Assembly: GCA_963727445.1 (NCBI GenBank)
Contig: CAVSGI010000009.1
Span: 160,001 to 224,000 of the forward strand
DNA: 64,000 nucleotides
Direction: 5' to 3'
DNA from: an uncultured delta proteobacterium
GTDB taxonomy: Bacteria; Myxococcota_A; Polyangia; Polyangiales; B10-G4
Shown here: in pieces, positions 63,573-64,000 of the stretch
Layout of the letters: every line of letters begins with the position of its first letter
How positions within the stretch are numbered: position 1 is the stretch's first letter
Made by a program: the position numbers and the translations under genes
The notes under the pieces: generated by a model
The model's input: the letters and a program-made list of their open reading frames with translations, nothing else
The model's database searches: none
Told to the model about the DNA's origin: nothing

Positions 63573-64000
63573 CGTGCCGTCGCGCTCCCCGACATCCGCG
63601 CGCGCAGGGCGAAGTAGCCGTAGTGACCGACGATCACCAATGCGCAGAGCGAACCGATGGTGCGGTACGCGGTCGTCAACGATCGGCCGGTCCAGTCGTA
63701 GCCCGCCATCATTCGTTCGATGTCGCCGGTGCCGTCACCGGGCGCTCCGAGGATCGAGCCGAGCGGCAGGGCCTGCGTGCCCTGGTCGATGCGGATCCAC
63801 ATCGCGAATGAGCTGGCGAAGACGCAGGCAGCAGGGATCAGCACGACGTAGCGCCAGAAGTCCCAGCGGAGGCGGTCGGGCATGCGGTAGTAGAACGAGA
63901 CGATGGCGGCGGTGCTGAGGACGAGCTCGCCCAACAGGCCGCCGAAGAGGATCCAGCCGATCGACGCACGTGGATCGAGGACGAGGCTCATGTATGCCCA
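63569..64000 (-). CDS. Membrane protein (partial, start beyond the window)
   Basis: Hydrophobic ORF 63569-63991 open toward the edge; ATGA overlap with the next gene. Confidence 0.55.
   Translation of the reverse strand, partial: WAYMSLVLDPRASIGWILFGGLLGELVLSTAAIVSFYYRMPDRLRWDFWRYVVLIPAACVFASSFAMWIRIDQGTQALPLGSILGAPGDGTGDIERMMAGYDWTGRSLTTAYRTIGSLCALVIVGHYGYFALRARMSGSATAR

Overview
High-GC bacterial DNA. Gene content (Cys-rich lipoproteins, a MYXO-CTERM-like tail, an AgmX/PglI-type domain, EF-Tu switch-I variant) suggests Myxococcota, probably Polyangia (inference). Contents: a stand-alone fusA; about 8 kb of accessory genes including a RAYT/IS200-like HUH transposase bracketed by ~138-bp inverted repeats and hexamer arrays; tuf plus the S10-spc-alpha ribosomal superoperon, which lacks rplC and map and carries a very divergent infA; then about 36 kb of lipoprotein, metabolic and signalling genes. 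Many essential genes carry apparent single-base insertions, most likely long-read errors. The best candidate for an undescribed system lies just after the rplQ terminator: two near-identical direct-repeat cassettes, each with a (GCGTTS)n hexamer array, 2 or 4 copies of a 29-bp repeat, a ~160-nt multi-hairpin leader whose closing stem sequesters the Shine-Dalgarno, and a 108-aa four-helix-bundle (Avd/IVP-like) gene. The two cassettes bracket a small passenger ORF and are followed by three 51-bp palindromes. Their architecture parallels the RAYT locus at 7.9-9.8 kb. All family assignments come from recognising motifs by eye; no searches were run.
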